Shown here: positions 10,901-29,833 of the stretch, in pieces
Layout: every line of letters starts with the position of its first letter
Position numbering within the stretch: the first letter of the stretch is position 1
NCBI GenBank assembly: GCA_964057225.1
Contig: OZ059900.1
Coordinates: 5,704,001 to 5,768,000 of the forward strand
Source: Auanema rhodensis
Taxonomy: Eukaryota; Animalia; Nematoda
Direction: 5' to 3'
DNA: 64,000 nucleotides
The notes under the pieces: model-generated
The model's input: only the letters and a program-made list of their open reading frames with translations
Database searches by the model: none
Told to the model about the DNA's origin: nothing
Program-made: the position numbers and the translations under genes

Positions 10901-13900
10901 ATTTTCCATAAGAATATATTTTCTTAGATGCTAGCTATAATCATTTTATTGGGAAAAACAAAAATGTACAATGTTTGAATGAGATATGTCTTTAGCAACT
11001 TAATTTGAAATAAAAGAAAAGGATCTCACTACTAATCAATTAGTTTTTTTTTTATTTTTTCACAGAAAGGAATTTGAAACATACGTACATACGTCAAGGA
11101 GTATATGTATGTATATGCATCTATATTTTTATTTTGTTTTAAATATTCATTTAGAAACAAAAATGTATTTGTTTATCCTTTTTATTAATTTATATTATTA
11201 TAACTATTTATATTATTATTATTTTGAAAAAAGGTTACGAAAGATGATTGGTATGAAGAATAGCAGCTTAGACTCATCGTATTCTTTACAACCTACCTTG
11301 ACATCCTGCATCTGTTTTCTTCGCCACAATTTTCAAGATATATTATCCAATGATTTAGAAAATCATATTTTCTTTTTAGTACACGTTGTTACCTTAATAT
11401 CTGATTAATAATGCATTTGCATAAATGCCATTTCAAAAAAGTTTCCCATGTAATTGATTAGACATATCGATTTTTATATTTCTTATCTTTTTTTTTTTCA
11501 TTTTTTTTTCATTTTTTTAATTTTCAGTTGCAAATCAAACACTCTTATTTTGCTTGAAATGCTTATATTTATGATATGATGCGAATATGATATAATTATC
11601 ATTTGATACTTAAATGCTAATTGAGCTATATTTCATGCCTAGTTTTATAACTTGCTCATTAAGCCATCTTCCCAAATATAGGATCACACGTCGTCTCATA
11701 ATCTTTTTCCTCTTGTTGCCATCAAACCACATATCTGTAATTTCAGTATGCCATAAGTGAAGAACACTTGAAAGGCTATGATCTTACTGCCGCCGATAAT
11801 TGAAATGTAAACATTTCCCGTGTCTCCTAATTGGAGCTCCTATTATTGCCCGTCTCGGCTTTCCACTGTCTTTTATCCAATTCACTATCGTTTGCTCTCT
11901 TTCACGTACAAACTTATTCGTGTGGCGTATACGCTTACGCCTATATTTCATTTAATATAGAAATAAAGAAATGTTCAGTACTTTTGTATAAAGACACCTA
12001 TTTTTCTAAAATTTGTCACCTTTAAGTTGAAACTTTTCATCAGATCGTTTTTACATATTTATCACTTGTATGTTCTTTTAAATTTCAACGCACGTGTACA
12101 TTAAACATTTGGTTTTATGAACTTCCACGCATATCATTTACAGCACATGGTTTGTCTTCTCTATTTTTGTATTCAACTAATTTCCTAACCCTATAAATTA
12201 CTTATTTATTTTTTATAAGTGTGGCTCAAAATATAAATAAAATTTTCAAATATAAAATTGAAAAAGAGTGAATATTAAATTTCTTCAGTCATTTTCCCAA
12301 CTTTTCTTAATAGAAGATAGAGTACTGCATACGTGTTGCTCCAAATTCTATGAGCTTCATATAGTAATTTTGCATATAAGTTAAACTTCGAATAGCTAGA
12401 CATGTCCAATTTGGCGCGGGTGGCCAAATAAATGACATGCAAATCACTTACTTCAAAGAATGACAACATTTATTCGCACATCATTCCTGTCTCTCGTTGG
12501 CTTCCGTTTCGTTCTTAAGGCACATCCACACGCACTACACAAAATCTTTGAATATGCTTTCGAATTGAAAAAAGATAATCATAAACCTCGTCTTGTAATT
12601 TTTATAAAAAATCTTATTTTTCTATAGTTTTCGGAAATGTTTCTTCGAAAATTTCGAGAACAATTCATAGTTATTAAGAACCCGGCAAAAGGTTAAACAA
12701 CAACAACATACAATATTAAAAAGATCGAAAGCATTCAGTATGTCTTTTAAGTAATTTCTTCATTGAAAACTACATATATATTCGTATTTTTTTTCGCATT
12801 TTCTCTTGCAGTAAATGTCATGAGAGTATCCAATTTATTCACGAAATATGATTCTCAATAGAAGATGGCAAAAGTTTCAAAAAAAAATTCTAAGATGTAA
12901 ATATTTTTCTTTGAACATAAGAAAAGGATATATTTCTTCTTCATCTATAAAATTTTGAAACTATGAAGTGTTGATCATATGCTTGTTTACTCTTTAATAT
13001 TCATTTGAAAGTAATGCTAAAAGTAAATAACTTCATTATATAGTCATATAATATAATATATAATAAAAAAGTACATTTAGATACAATTTTTAGAAGTTGG
13101 GACGAAATCCTTCATTTCCATAAGCTGAGATTTAACGTTGTCGTTAAATTTTCTCAACGCACTTAAAGCACATACTCCAATTGAACTGAGATAAAGCTGA
13201 TTCAATGAAAACTTTCAACAAAATCGTAGACTCATCGCATTTTTCTCTTTATGGGAACTTTATTGTCAAACAACTGGCAGTACATTTCTTTATCTGTTCG
13301 CACAGTTTTTTTCTTAAATCTTACTAGATTTTCCATTTTTCTTCGATTCATTAATAGTTCAGTTTTTTTACTCTTATTGTGTTTATATAAATAAAATTTA
13401 TTTCATAATTCTGGTGAATTTTTTCTTATTCAAAAAAATAAATGTTGATCTTACTTTCTCTAAAAGCTGATTTCTACGACTTGTGTCCTCATACAATTTC
13501 CTTTATTCTATCATGTAGCCGGAACTGAATGACGAGTATTCAAATGATAGCTTACGCTCGTGTAGTATATCGCATAAAAAGTTATAAACAAATGTTTTTT
13601 TTCTACAACATTATAAAGCTAAAGGATGATTTTTTTAAATTTAAACGTATTTCGCAAAGTTGCAATTTTTCTGAGTTTAACAACTATAAATGATTGTTAC
13701 AATCTTAAATCTGATTTCATGTGTGCTTTCAATTCAAAAGAATGGCATATTTAGAAAAAATTCCGCATCTTAAAAAAATAATTCAAATTGAAATGTTTCA
13801 CGGATTCCAGATCTACTACTAAACTTTACATTTAGATTTAAGAAGCAATTCTAAAGAATATACTTCTCAAGTATCAAATTCTAAGTAAAGCTTTATCGCA

Positions 13901-15621
13901 TTCAAAAAAAATTTGACTTTTGAATTGAATTTAAATGAGATTCTCATAATTTTACTGGATAAGAGCATGCAATTTTAATGATATCACAATTGCTTTTCCT
14001 CAATTTCATCTCGTAATACATTTTATAGATTACTTTACTTCAATTAGCTAATTAACTGTTTGACGATGACATCTTCATTTTCTCAGTATCCCTTTCATTT
14101 TGCTTTATTCTCTGTATTCGCATAATACTTCACTCAAATTTTATTTTTTTTATTTCTCCAAGTTCACTCTCTCCATTTTTACTATATGTTGGCACGTTCT
14201 TCTACTTTTGTTGGAAGTCATGTTTACTCACCGTACACTATATTCTCTACTATAGCTTTTTTTCCCATCATCTTCTTATTTCTCACGTTCTCTCACGCAG
14301 TTTTCAACCGCCTTCTTTTGTGTTATCTCTAACAAGCTTTTTTCGAAATACTTTTTCATTATAATTCCTCTGTTTTCACGTGCACTTCAAAATCATTCAA
14401 TTATTTATTTATATTCTTTCATCTCCTTTTTTCAGTACTTCAAAATTCTTTCTTTTTTTTTTGAAGAAAAGAGATATATATCAATATCGATATCACATCC
14501 CGAATTATAGCAAATCTTTTCCGTTCATTTTGCAACAATTTTCTTATTGTTATTAACCGAATATATTATTAGCGCAATTGCTTCATTATAAAATCATGTG
14601 CATACGTTCATGTTGAAGCCTATCGGATTTCAGTAGTTTTACAGACATAATGTTAATGATAGCTAAACTTTATTCTGTTTTTTTAAAGACTGATGTTTTC
14701 TATTTTTTGCAAGTTTTAGTAATAGATTTCATACTTGTATCACATCAAGTCCGTCTTGAGTCGGCAATAAATAGTCATCCTCACTTGTAAAAGAAGCCGC
14801 TCTTTACTTCCTGTTAGCTGGCGCATTTCATTCCGTTCGTTTCCCTTGATTTAAGTTAAGTAATCCAAAAAAGAATAAATGTTCATTTTTACTTCTATAT
14901 TGTACGCTTGTTTTCTTAATTTGCGTTTTTTCTATATCCTTCGACTTTTTCTGTTTTCAGCTTTTCAGCTTTTCAAAATGTAAATAGAGAGTATTATTTA
15001 ATGAATCAATTGAAAATCCACTATTATCCTTACATTCAATTTAAGTTAGAGTAGGATATGAAATATCTTCATCTGAAGAAGTCATGAAATTTGCCAGAAT
15101 TTTTCTTACTCAGTACTCATGCATACCTCTCGTGTTGGAATTCGTTTTCAGAATATCATTAGATTCTATTTCTTTTTGTTGGTTTCTATGTTCCTCTATG
15201 CTTTTAATGATCTCTTATACCGATTATTTCTTTTCAACTATCTCAATACTCTTTTAATATTTTATACTAGCACACTTTCTCTTTGTTCTTGATCAACTAA
15301 CATCTCTCTACTAACTGCGTTTATCAGTTTTCTCTCTATTCTATCCCGCATCTCTCTATCTCATTTGAGCTCACTTATATTCATATTCTTTTTTTTTTCG
15401 CCAATGGTGGTCTTTTTTTCCTTTTTATCCACTTTCATACTTTTGATGCTCTTGCAGGCCATTCGCTTTTTCAAATTCTCGAGAGTCATATAGCTCAGCT
15501 CTAGTTCTAGCTCTCAATCCCGCTGAACAAGTCGTTTGTTCTTGTTGCTCCTCAATATTGTTAGATTAGCTTTCAACATGCAACAACTATTATTTTAGGT
15601 TCACAGTCAGTTAAACTGACT

Positions 15622-20650
<5,029 letters not shown>

Positions 20651-21173
20651 ACGGAACCCTTTCTAAACAATACACGGACACAGTTTTATGGAATGATAAT
20701 GACCCTTCACATACTTTGTTAATATAATTTCTGTCTTCACTGCATTTTCACAGTAGTTTTATTCCTCACATATCTTCCGCACATATTTTATTTCCACACT
20801 TTCTTGTGCAATGGGCTTGTACTATTGTAAAACCTGATCTCATTCTTTTTTATAATAATTACATACAGATTTGTTATTATATGTATAACTTATTATTGCA
20901 AAACTAATTGATGATTTTGCTATTTTTATTATAACTATACTTGTTTATATTCAGATTGGTTTAAGATGCTTATAGCAATGATCTCGTGCAGTGCTTCCAT
21001 ATTATATTTCACAATAAATACTTGAATACCTTATACGTTTTTTCCAAAATACAAAAATCTTTATTGAAGTAACATTAAATATTTTAACACAGTTAAATAT
21101 AAATATGAAAATATGTCTATATTCTTCGTAGTTTAAAGTTAGATAAAATACGATAAAAATTAGATATACTAGA

Positions 21174-24100
21174 TTAGGTTTGAAAAGCGTCAGCTTGTAT
21201 CGCCCTCAAAACTTGAATAACATCGAATATAGAGAAATCAAAGACTATATTTTTATCCGAATAATTATTCACTAATATCATATGGAAAAATTCCATTTGT
21301 TTTACAAATAGGTCCTGAAATAAATATTTTTGTAGTTTAATATTTGATATAAAATATTGATATTACTTCTACTTCTTTCCATGCTGTGTTCAAAGTATAT
21401 CTCGAAGTTCCCAAATGTTTTTCAAGTTTTCTAAAAGATCGTTTGGCACATCTATCAAAAAATGTTAAAGTATAATTGTCCACAATCTGAATAGTTGAAA
21501 TAAATGATTAAACAAATTAAATTACCTGTTTGAGACGGCACGATTCAAACTTTGGGTTTTTACTGACATCATCTACGTTGTCGTAGAAAACCGCACAGTA
21601 AATATCATGGAAGATGCTCTAAAGCAATTCGAGCCTATTACATGAACATTCTGCATTATGCGTATTTTACCACTATATTATCGTAATGTTCTCCCCAGTC
21701 TTCCGTTACAAATCTGAGAATATGAGTTTCTTTCTCCTTTTTCAGATAAAGTTTCATTTCGAAGAGGCAGCTGAACTTGAACTCACAAATAATCACTAAA
21801 TATTGAAATTATTCAAAAATTTTTTTCTTGGTACCATAGATTTGATTATAATTTTGATATATAATCAAACTATTAAGATCCCGGTTCTTGAGGCTATTCA
21901 AATAGTTAGATATACCGGCAAGAAGACTTTTGCCTAGAGTCTTATACCTTAATTAGAATTATTTATTTCAGAAATTGCAAAAAATCTTACCATGTATCAA
22001 TGAAAGACCGATCATTGCAATCTTTCAACAAATCTTCTGCTGCTGTGAGAAAATCATTGAATCTTTTAACAACTGGAAGTATTCCCTTTTCAAGCGTTTT
22101 TTTCAAATTCATTTCAGAATATATTGTTTTCTCATTAACCTAAAAATAATATGCACTCAGTAATGATTCTGCGAAGCTAACCAGAAACTTTTCTAATCTT
22201 TTTTTTAAGGATTTTTCCAATCTCTTGAAATAAACAAGAGCAATTGAAAATGAATTACCAGCGTTAAAGCATTGATCAGTAACGTATGAATATATTGCAA
22301 GTATATTGCTAAAAATGTTGCATAAACTAATAGCCGATTGCTTTTTACCCTGGAAAATGTTTGCATATATCGTCAACCAAAATTTCGAGATGGTCTTCCA
22401 TAACATCAAAGATCTTATGGAAAAGTAGTCTGTTTTCGTTTCCCACTTCTTCATTCTGTTCTCCTAAACATACTAATTGGCTATGAAGCTTTCATATGTG
22501 AAGAACCGTCAATAAAATCCTCAACTCGTTCTTGCACTATATCTTCCATATCTTTTTTAACAGTGTGAAAGTAAAAGTTTTGTTCTTGTTCCAAAGCTCT
22601 CACTAACTTATCCGATACAGTTGCAAAGAACTAAAAACAGTTAAAATGACTTTAAAAAATTGAATATTTACCCAAAGAACTTCATCGAATCTGCCTGGAA
22701 TATCAGAAATCAATGAACTACTTTCATGTGCTAAATTCATTGAATATTGATTGAAAAACTGGAGAAATGGTTAAACTTACACTTAGATACTTTCCATTGT
22801 TTAATTTCTAATGTACATTGATCAAAAAATGTTTTCAAAAGTACGGTGTACAAAGCTTTTGTTCCTCGAACATAGCTTTCTAATAGTCGATGATAACACT
22901 TAGGCCTATTAAATTGAAGAGATGTTACATATGATATGATGTATTCATGTACTTGTTTATTTTAAGCCATCCAATTAAATCCGATAGAGATATGATAGAC
23001 TCAAAACGATCAGTTTGATATAAAATATTCTGCCAATCAACATCGAGTTTGGCTGTTATTCCCTGAAATAGTTATTGAGAAATTATTGTGATTGTAAGTT
23101 TTAGTTATGTACACAATTTCTGAAAACGGTGCAGATATAGTTGGTGATTCGATCAGCGAACATTTCCATCAGCTGTTCCAAGTTTTTACGGCATTCCTTG
23201 TACGACTCCATGTTTGATAAAAAATCAGGTAAGGGTGCTTTTAAAAAATTGGATATTTCCCAAGCATCTTCAGCATATGTAGGAAAGCTGTAAAGACCAA
23301 ATTAATTATATACTAAACTACAATTTTACTTTTTGCATTCTTGAAGCAAAATGACTTCAAATGATTTGACCTTATCTTCACTGATTGTACCCAAATGATG
23401 CAAATAGTTCTAAACAACTTTGTTTTTATTGATAATTTTTATAAACTAAATCAGACTATAAGTACAAGCTGTAGACGTTCCAAATTCTCATTGCGCACCT
23501 CTTCTTGATGATCCAGTTGCCAACCAGCATTCATTCTCATATTCTTTAGATGCTTATTTCTAATACATATTTTTAATTTTAAAACTTACCATTTCAAACT
23601 CATCTCCAAATTCCAGTATTTCTTCCGCAACGGGATGAAATTCTTGCAAAACTTCCTTACTAAGTTTGGCTGTACGAACTGCTGCACGCAGTTGATCACC
23701 GTCATGCCCAAACAGTATGTTGTATACATCATAATCGAAGGAATCCACACATTCAAAAAGGAACTAGAACATTGTACAATAAAGATCACACGGCTCAGTT
23801 TATGCAACTTTTTCCATTGATGTAGCATCCTCTAAACATAAATTATGCTTCTTCATTATTTCCAGAAAATTGTTCTCCTCTTCCTTGCTTAATTTCTACA
23901 ATTATGTATTATGAATTTATGCATAGATCAGTAGTTACATTCTCCTTTCTCAAAATTTGTTTTTGCATCTTGTCCGACATATAAGGTAGAACTAGTTTAT
24001 AAAAGCTTTCAGTTTGAGCAGCAACTAACAGTTTCACTTTGTTGCTCTCTTTGGAATCAGCTTCAGAAGCTTTCGTTTCTTCCTCTTTTTTATTTTCCTG

Positions 24101-24341
24101 AACAATAATTTTCATGAATGTTTTAAAAAGTTAATTACTTCTAAATCACTTGGATTCAATCGGAAAGTATTCATCCAATCGTTGTAAGGCTGATCGGAGT
24201 TGTTCGTCGTATTTTGCTTAAACATTCGGATATAGTGCTGAAGCTATTATGACCTACTTCATTTGTTACTACTCTTGTGCTTCTTCGAAAGTTTAGAGTT
24301 TTAAAAACTCTAGAGGTGGTACGTTTTAAATAGGTAGACAT
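21174..24341 (-). CDS. Uncharacterised multi-exon protein, no family recognised
   Basis: Phase-compatible GT-AG exons from MSTYLKRTTSRVF through QPYNDWMNTFRLNP, KLLVAAQTESFYKLVLPYM, FDYDVYNILFGHDGDQLRAAVRTAKL; last exon ends VLRAIQADAFQT*. Middle exons not all checked. Confidence 0.75.
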
Positions 24342-24980
24342 TCAGAGAGCAGAAATATGCAGACAATAAAAATCGTCGACGGAGGGCAGAACATTTTCCT
24401 AATCATTACTGACTCAATTTCAAAAAATTCAACAAAAGCTTCGTCATGTTTACATATTTTTATTAATTGACCTTTCTATTTCACCAAATTCAATTGTTCT
24501 ACACGGACTAATGATAACATAAGTATTTGTCGCCGAAAAGAATTTACGAAAAAAACAATAACATTCGAAGTTCATTTTGAAGCTGTCTCATATCTTCAGC
24601 ATTTTTAATAAAAGGTCAATAAACATCGATTCAGCCAGCGCTGTCTTTGTTAAAAAATTTTATTGAAAGAATTGGTATATTAGTATATTACCTAATATTC
24701 CCTACATATAGACAAGCTCAATCATTGAAAGTTAATCTCACTGAGTTATAAGTATATTAAAACAAACACAGGATTAATAAAAAATAAATAGTTATATCAC
24801 AGGCCAAAGCAAAAATTTCTAATAATCACAATGTAAATAAATATTTGATTCTGGATATAGAAGCATTTACATCACCAAGGAATCTCACACAAAAAAAAAG
24901 ATAATACAGCAAAAAATGATTTGAAACGTATATTACAACTTTTAAAGGAATGCTTCTCATGCATATTAATTCTAAATATC

Positions 24981-27900
24981 TTAATGTTGTTGAGCAATAC
25001 TAGAAAAGAATGATAATATATCGTTGATAGATACATCTAAATCTACTTTAGCACCCGGATAACAATCAGCCATTATATTTTGATAGCCTTGTAACTGTTT
25101 AATAAACTGATCCTGAACGTTTAATTTGAGATAATAGTTTGTTTCTTTATAAATAACCTGTATTTCTCTCCAAACAACTTGAAGTAGAGACGAATTTTCG
25201 CCAAGATGTTTTTCCAATTTTTTATATTGAAGTTCTAAGCCTTTTTTTACTTCTTTGGCTGGATATTGACTGATCACCTATAATTGAAATAGTTGTGAAT
25301 GAATTAAAAATGTTCTTATCAATACTTTCTTTAACTCTGGTCTACTGAACTGAGGCTGGTAGGAGATTTCTTCGGGTCTTATTCCACCGAATGTTATAGC
25401 ATTTGCAATATTTTCAAAGAAAATCTAAAGAAATATGTTCAAAGAATATCGTTTCTAATAAAGACTCACATTTACTTTTTCCAATGGTTTACCGAGACTA
25501 TCTCGAACATAGTTCATAATTTGTTCTTCTTTCTCTTTTTTTGCTAGCTTTCTCATGTCATCTAAGCAACTAAGTTTTAATTCCGAAAGCGTAACTGAAA
25601 TGTAATCTATTGATTGTTGGCACCTTATTGATTCTCACGATATAACTGATGGTAATTTTCGAATAGTACTACGCAAGCGGGTGATTTGCTATTTGGATGC
25701 AAAGCCACTTTTTGAATTCCATCAATGACACTCCGACATAACAGTGAGTACCTAAGACAAGCATTTTTTCCAAACGGTTTACTTTGATTTACCATTTTTC
25801 AATATCTGCACGCCTTTCTACATCTTTGAATATTACTTCAGCGTTGAATACAAAAGCTTGAAAACGACCAATATTAGGTAAGATTCCAACCCGAACTCGT
25901 TTTGTTAGTTTGATATCAGTATAAACTCTTCGTTCGGTTTCCTATAACAATACTCAATTATGTAAATCCTTTTGGGTGTTTATAGTTGTACCATGAATAT
26001 ATCAAATTGACGCTTGACAAGTACAACTAAAGTGCCAAATGTGACGGCGAAATAAGATCCGGAATCTTGGGGTGCTAATATTTTCTTAGAAAGAATGACA
26101 AACAATACCAATACATTACTATAAATGATGTTCAAATTATTTTGTTCAGAATTATTGAACCTGGAATTTTGTTTACAAATGGCATCTGCAAACTTTCTGA
26201 GATGATCATTTAATGAATCGAACAGGGGCGACATCATGGCTCGCACTTGTTCATTTATCATTTTTTCAACATTGCGACTTCCTAAATGCATTTTGCTAAC
26301 GTGATGAAATATATTGATAAGATTATTGAAACCTAATATAGAACTATCACCAGATCCGGTTGAAGCGACTTCGGCCTGCATTAAGAGTTCAGTTGTTATA
26401 TGGAAAAATCGAAGACAGAATTTTTGTTCTCTGTCTACAACAGGGCCAAGCTCTCCAAGTACTGTTTCAATCAACTAAAAAAATATTCATGAGTAAGATA
26501 AACGAAAGTAGTACCACTTTTGCAATATCTTCGAATTCACTTGGAAGATCGGCTACATTGATGCTACTAGCAGTAGAAAGCTTTGCGGTATTAATGCTTT
26601 CTATAAGCCAATGTTATTATAACAAAGGTGAATTTATTATAATGGCATTACCTGATCTTTTATAATTCAGTTTGTTAATTTCAATATGAAGTTGATCAAA
26701 AAATTGATCAAACAATTTCTTATACAAAAGCTTGGTAGCATCAACGTATCGTTGTATAACCGCATTATACGGAGCAGGCCTGCAAAGATTAATTTTTATT
26801 TACTTGTGCATTTTGATTTCTAAGTACTTGTTAACTTTGAGCCAACTAACTAATTCCGATAAAGGAGATAATGCATGGAAACGTTGAGATTGTTTAGGTA
26901 TACTTAATGAATGCCAATCAGAAACCATTGAAATATCATTCTAAATAGTATCATACATTAATAATTTAAAAGTTATAACGAAATACCAAGTTATTAAATA
27001 AAGCAGAAAGATGAGATACGAGTCGATCAACAAAAAGGTCAGTTATTTCTACTAAATTGCTGCGATCCTGATAAGATTTCATGTTCAATAATGGTCTCGA
27101 GAAACGGCCATTCCAAAACTGTGAGACAGCACGGGCAGCTTCTGCACACATAGCTATGCTGTAAGTAGATTATTAAATTAATATCAGGTTATAAATCACC
27201 TTCGAGAATCATCAAAACGAGAAGCCTCTAACGTACGGATATGATCTTCTGTGACAGCATCTAGACCAGCAATATATTCCTAAATGATCACGTGAAAAGT
27301 AGTAGGTTTAGTATTGTACAAACAGATAGTTCTTCTCTAAGTCTTTCTTTGTTTTTTCTTTCAACCACTGCAAGTGAATCCTTTTCTTCCATCAACTCAA
27401 AACTATTTCGTACATCCTGAAGTAGCATGTCAATGTACAATCATCATTACAAATTCTTACCAAGAAAATGTCATCACATCTTTTTAAATTCTTTTCCAAT
27501 TTATCCACTTCGTCTACAGCTCCATTGAGCGATGTTAGTAATTTGTTCACAGCCGTTTCACACCCTAACATTGAATTGATGTTAGCTCCATCCAATGATT
27601 GTAAGTGATTCGATAGTATCTGCAAAAGAAAAACAATTCAACAACTTCAAAAAGATGTCATTCAACCTCGGATAGAACATCAGCATCTCCAACAGTTAAA
27701 TTATTTTTTTCAAGTAATGCTCGAAAATCTGCTTCTTCTCTAGCAGTTATGGGCTAAAACAAGAAATTATCAAATACACTTCTGATATCATTGTTACCTG
27801 ATAATTCTGATGAGAATGCTCATTAGTTGTATCATCGTGGTCAAATGCTATGATTATATTCTCCTTTGAATCAACTGGTAAGGATACATTACAGAAATCA

Positions 27901-28430
27901 GGCATCTGTACAGGCAAGTAATGTGATGCAGTCTATAGCACAAACGGATTAGGATCTGATATCTTATGTTATAATATACTCGATATAGTTCACGTATAAA
28001 TTCTTCTTTTTCTTCAACTGTCGCTGCTACAACAGCACACGTTCTATCATTAAATGTTATTAAAAAATCGGGAATCGCCTATAATAAATTACAAAAAATT
28101 AAAAAATATATTCATGAAATACTTTTTTAGGATTGACGCCATCGATGCCACGCAATTCTCGTAAATTATATCGATCTTTCTTCTTATAAGTATCATCTCT
28201 GTCAGCTCTGACAAAATACAATCGCACCGATATTGGATGTTCAATAGTAACTACAATAATCTTGTATTTAAATGAGGCATAATGCTCTGTTATTCCCTAC
28301 CAGCTATACATAAAAATGTCGGCCGCTTTTTCTTCTTACCATCAACTTTTACTAGCTGAATCATTGTGTGAAGCCGCTCATCATCAGCTTGAAAAAGCTG
28401 TCTTTGTAATTCTTTTCTTATGGCCGACAT
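24981..28430 (-). CDS. sec-3: Exocyst complex component 1 (Sec3)
   Basis: [84 protein letters not shown]; the introns checked are all GT-AG. Confidence 0.95.
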
Positions 28431-29320
28431 GCTGCAATAATTTGAGTGAAATCATTCATATCAATTATTCAGCAATAATTCACAAATAAAGACAATAAAC
28501 GATTACAATCGATTTTCTAAATATAAAAGGTTTTTTTCGACACTTGAGAAGCACTAAAAGATTAGTGTATATCGCCAGCTGCATTTCTTTTTGTTCGTTC
28601 ACATAAGAACCTAATTAGGATAAGAAGCACATCTGTGCTGGACTAACGATGATTGGTACCCATATAAATCTTCGACTCATCATCTTGAGGGGCACACGCA
28701 TATACTTATAGCTAAAATGCATGCAATAACAACACCCAGCCTGCATTTTGATTGTTTTTTACGACAGGTCAGCATATCGATCAATTTTGAAATCGTACAG
28801 ATTACAAATAAAAGAAAAGGCAGAGATAACAGTGGCTAAGAAACCGCTGAAACAGATAAGAGTGTTCTTATTATGCAAAAATGTTTATTTAATCCTTCAT
28901 ATATGAACATAGATGCAGCTAAAGAGAAATTGTTAAAAAATCGCAAAATAGCAAGAATCTGTTTGTGAAATGTATCAGCATGTTGCAAAACAACTTTTCC
29001 AGGTCTGGATACATAAAATCTGATACACATCAGGAATAAAAAACAATACAACAGATGAGTGTAGTAGCAAATTAATCCCATCCTACTTAACATAGATTTC
29101 AAAAAAGGCAGTCAAAAAAACTTATACAATATTTGATTAGAATAAGAAAAAGAAAGCGTAGAGGATAAGGCAGCAAACTTTATCTCTTTTACGAAATTAT
29201 ACAGTTTTGTGAGATGAAAACAATAATGCAATAACTAAGCTGACAGCAATGACGAATGATTGTTTAAACGATTTTGACTTCTTCTTCCAAAAGTATTTCT
29301 GTAAGTATATGCAGCAGTTT

Positions 29321-29833
29321 TTAATCTTCACACCAAGCGTTTTCCTTGCGGATCTGTTCTTCTTCCTCAGGAGTAAAATCGTTTATTATATTGAAAGTAC
29401 GACGAATTTCTTCAGGGCTTTTGCCCTTGATGAGATTAGCAACAGATTTGCATGTTACATCCAAAAGTCCGGGAATATCCAAGTAGTTAGCAGCCAAGAT
29501 AATCTCAAACAGTGTAGCTTGGTCAACCTTCAGAAATTCGACATCCCATGATGGAATATCATCCAATCGCTTTTCACGTGAATCCTTATCTTCTTCTGGC
29601 TCATCATCTTTATGGTAAGAACACCATTGAATTACTTTCTTCAAAACAGCACCATTGACACATTGAACTGGCACGGGCTCCATCTCAGTCAAATCGGTAG
29701 CGTCAAGACCCAAATCGATAATCATAGTATTCAAAGTGTTAGAAAGGCGAACAACATCGCGATCTACTTCAAAAACCTCTTGATCAGAAGAGCGAAGTCT
29801 GATTTTAGGAGATGAGTTAGCAACAGCAGCCAT
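29321..29833 (-). CDS. skr-1: SKP1-family SCF adaptor, single exon, 170 aa
   Basis: [79 protein letters not shown]. Likely ATG at 29833 just after a tttctag acceptor-like site; the ORF track's upstream extension looks non-coding. Exact skr paralog uncertain. Confidence 0.93.
   Translation of the reverse strand: MAAVANSSPKIRLRSSDQEVFEVDRDVVRLSNTLNTMIIDLGLDATDLTEMEPVPVQCVNGAVLKKVIQWCSYHKDDEPEEDKDSREKRLDDIPSWDVEFLKVDQATLFEIILAANYLDIPGLLDVTCKSVANLIKGKSPEEIRRTFNIINDFTPEEEEQIRKENAWCED

Noticed and set aside
28600-28690. Box C-like ATGATGA on the minus strand (snoRNA candidate)
   Set aside because: No matching box D or terminal stem at a suitable distance.
21174-29833. skr-1 / sec-3 / orphan as an SL2-type operon
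   Set aside because: Same strand, but CDS gaps of about 890 and 640 bp and no clear acceptor near the orphan ATG; cannot be supported without spliced-leader data.
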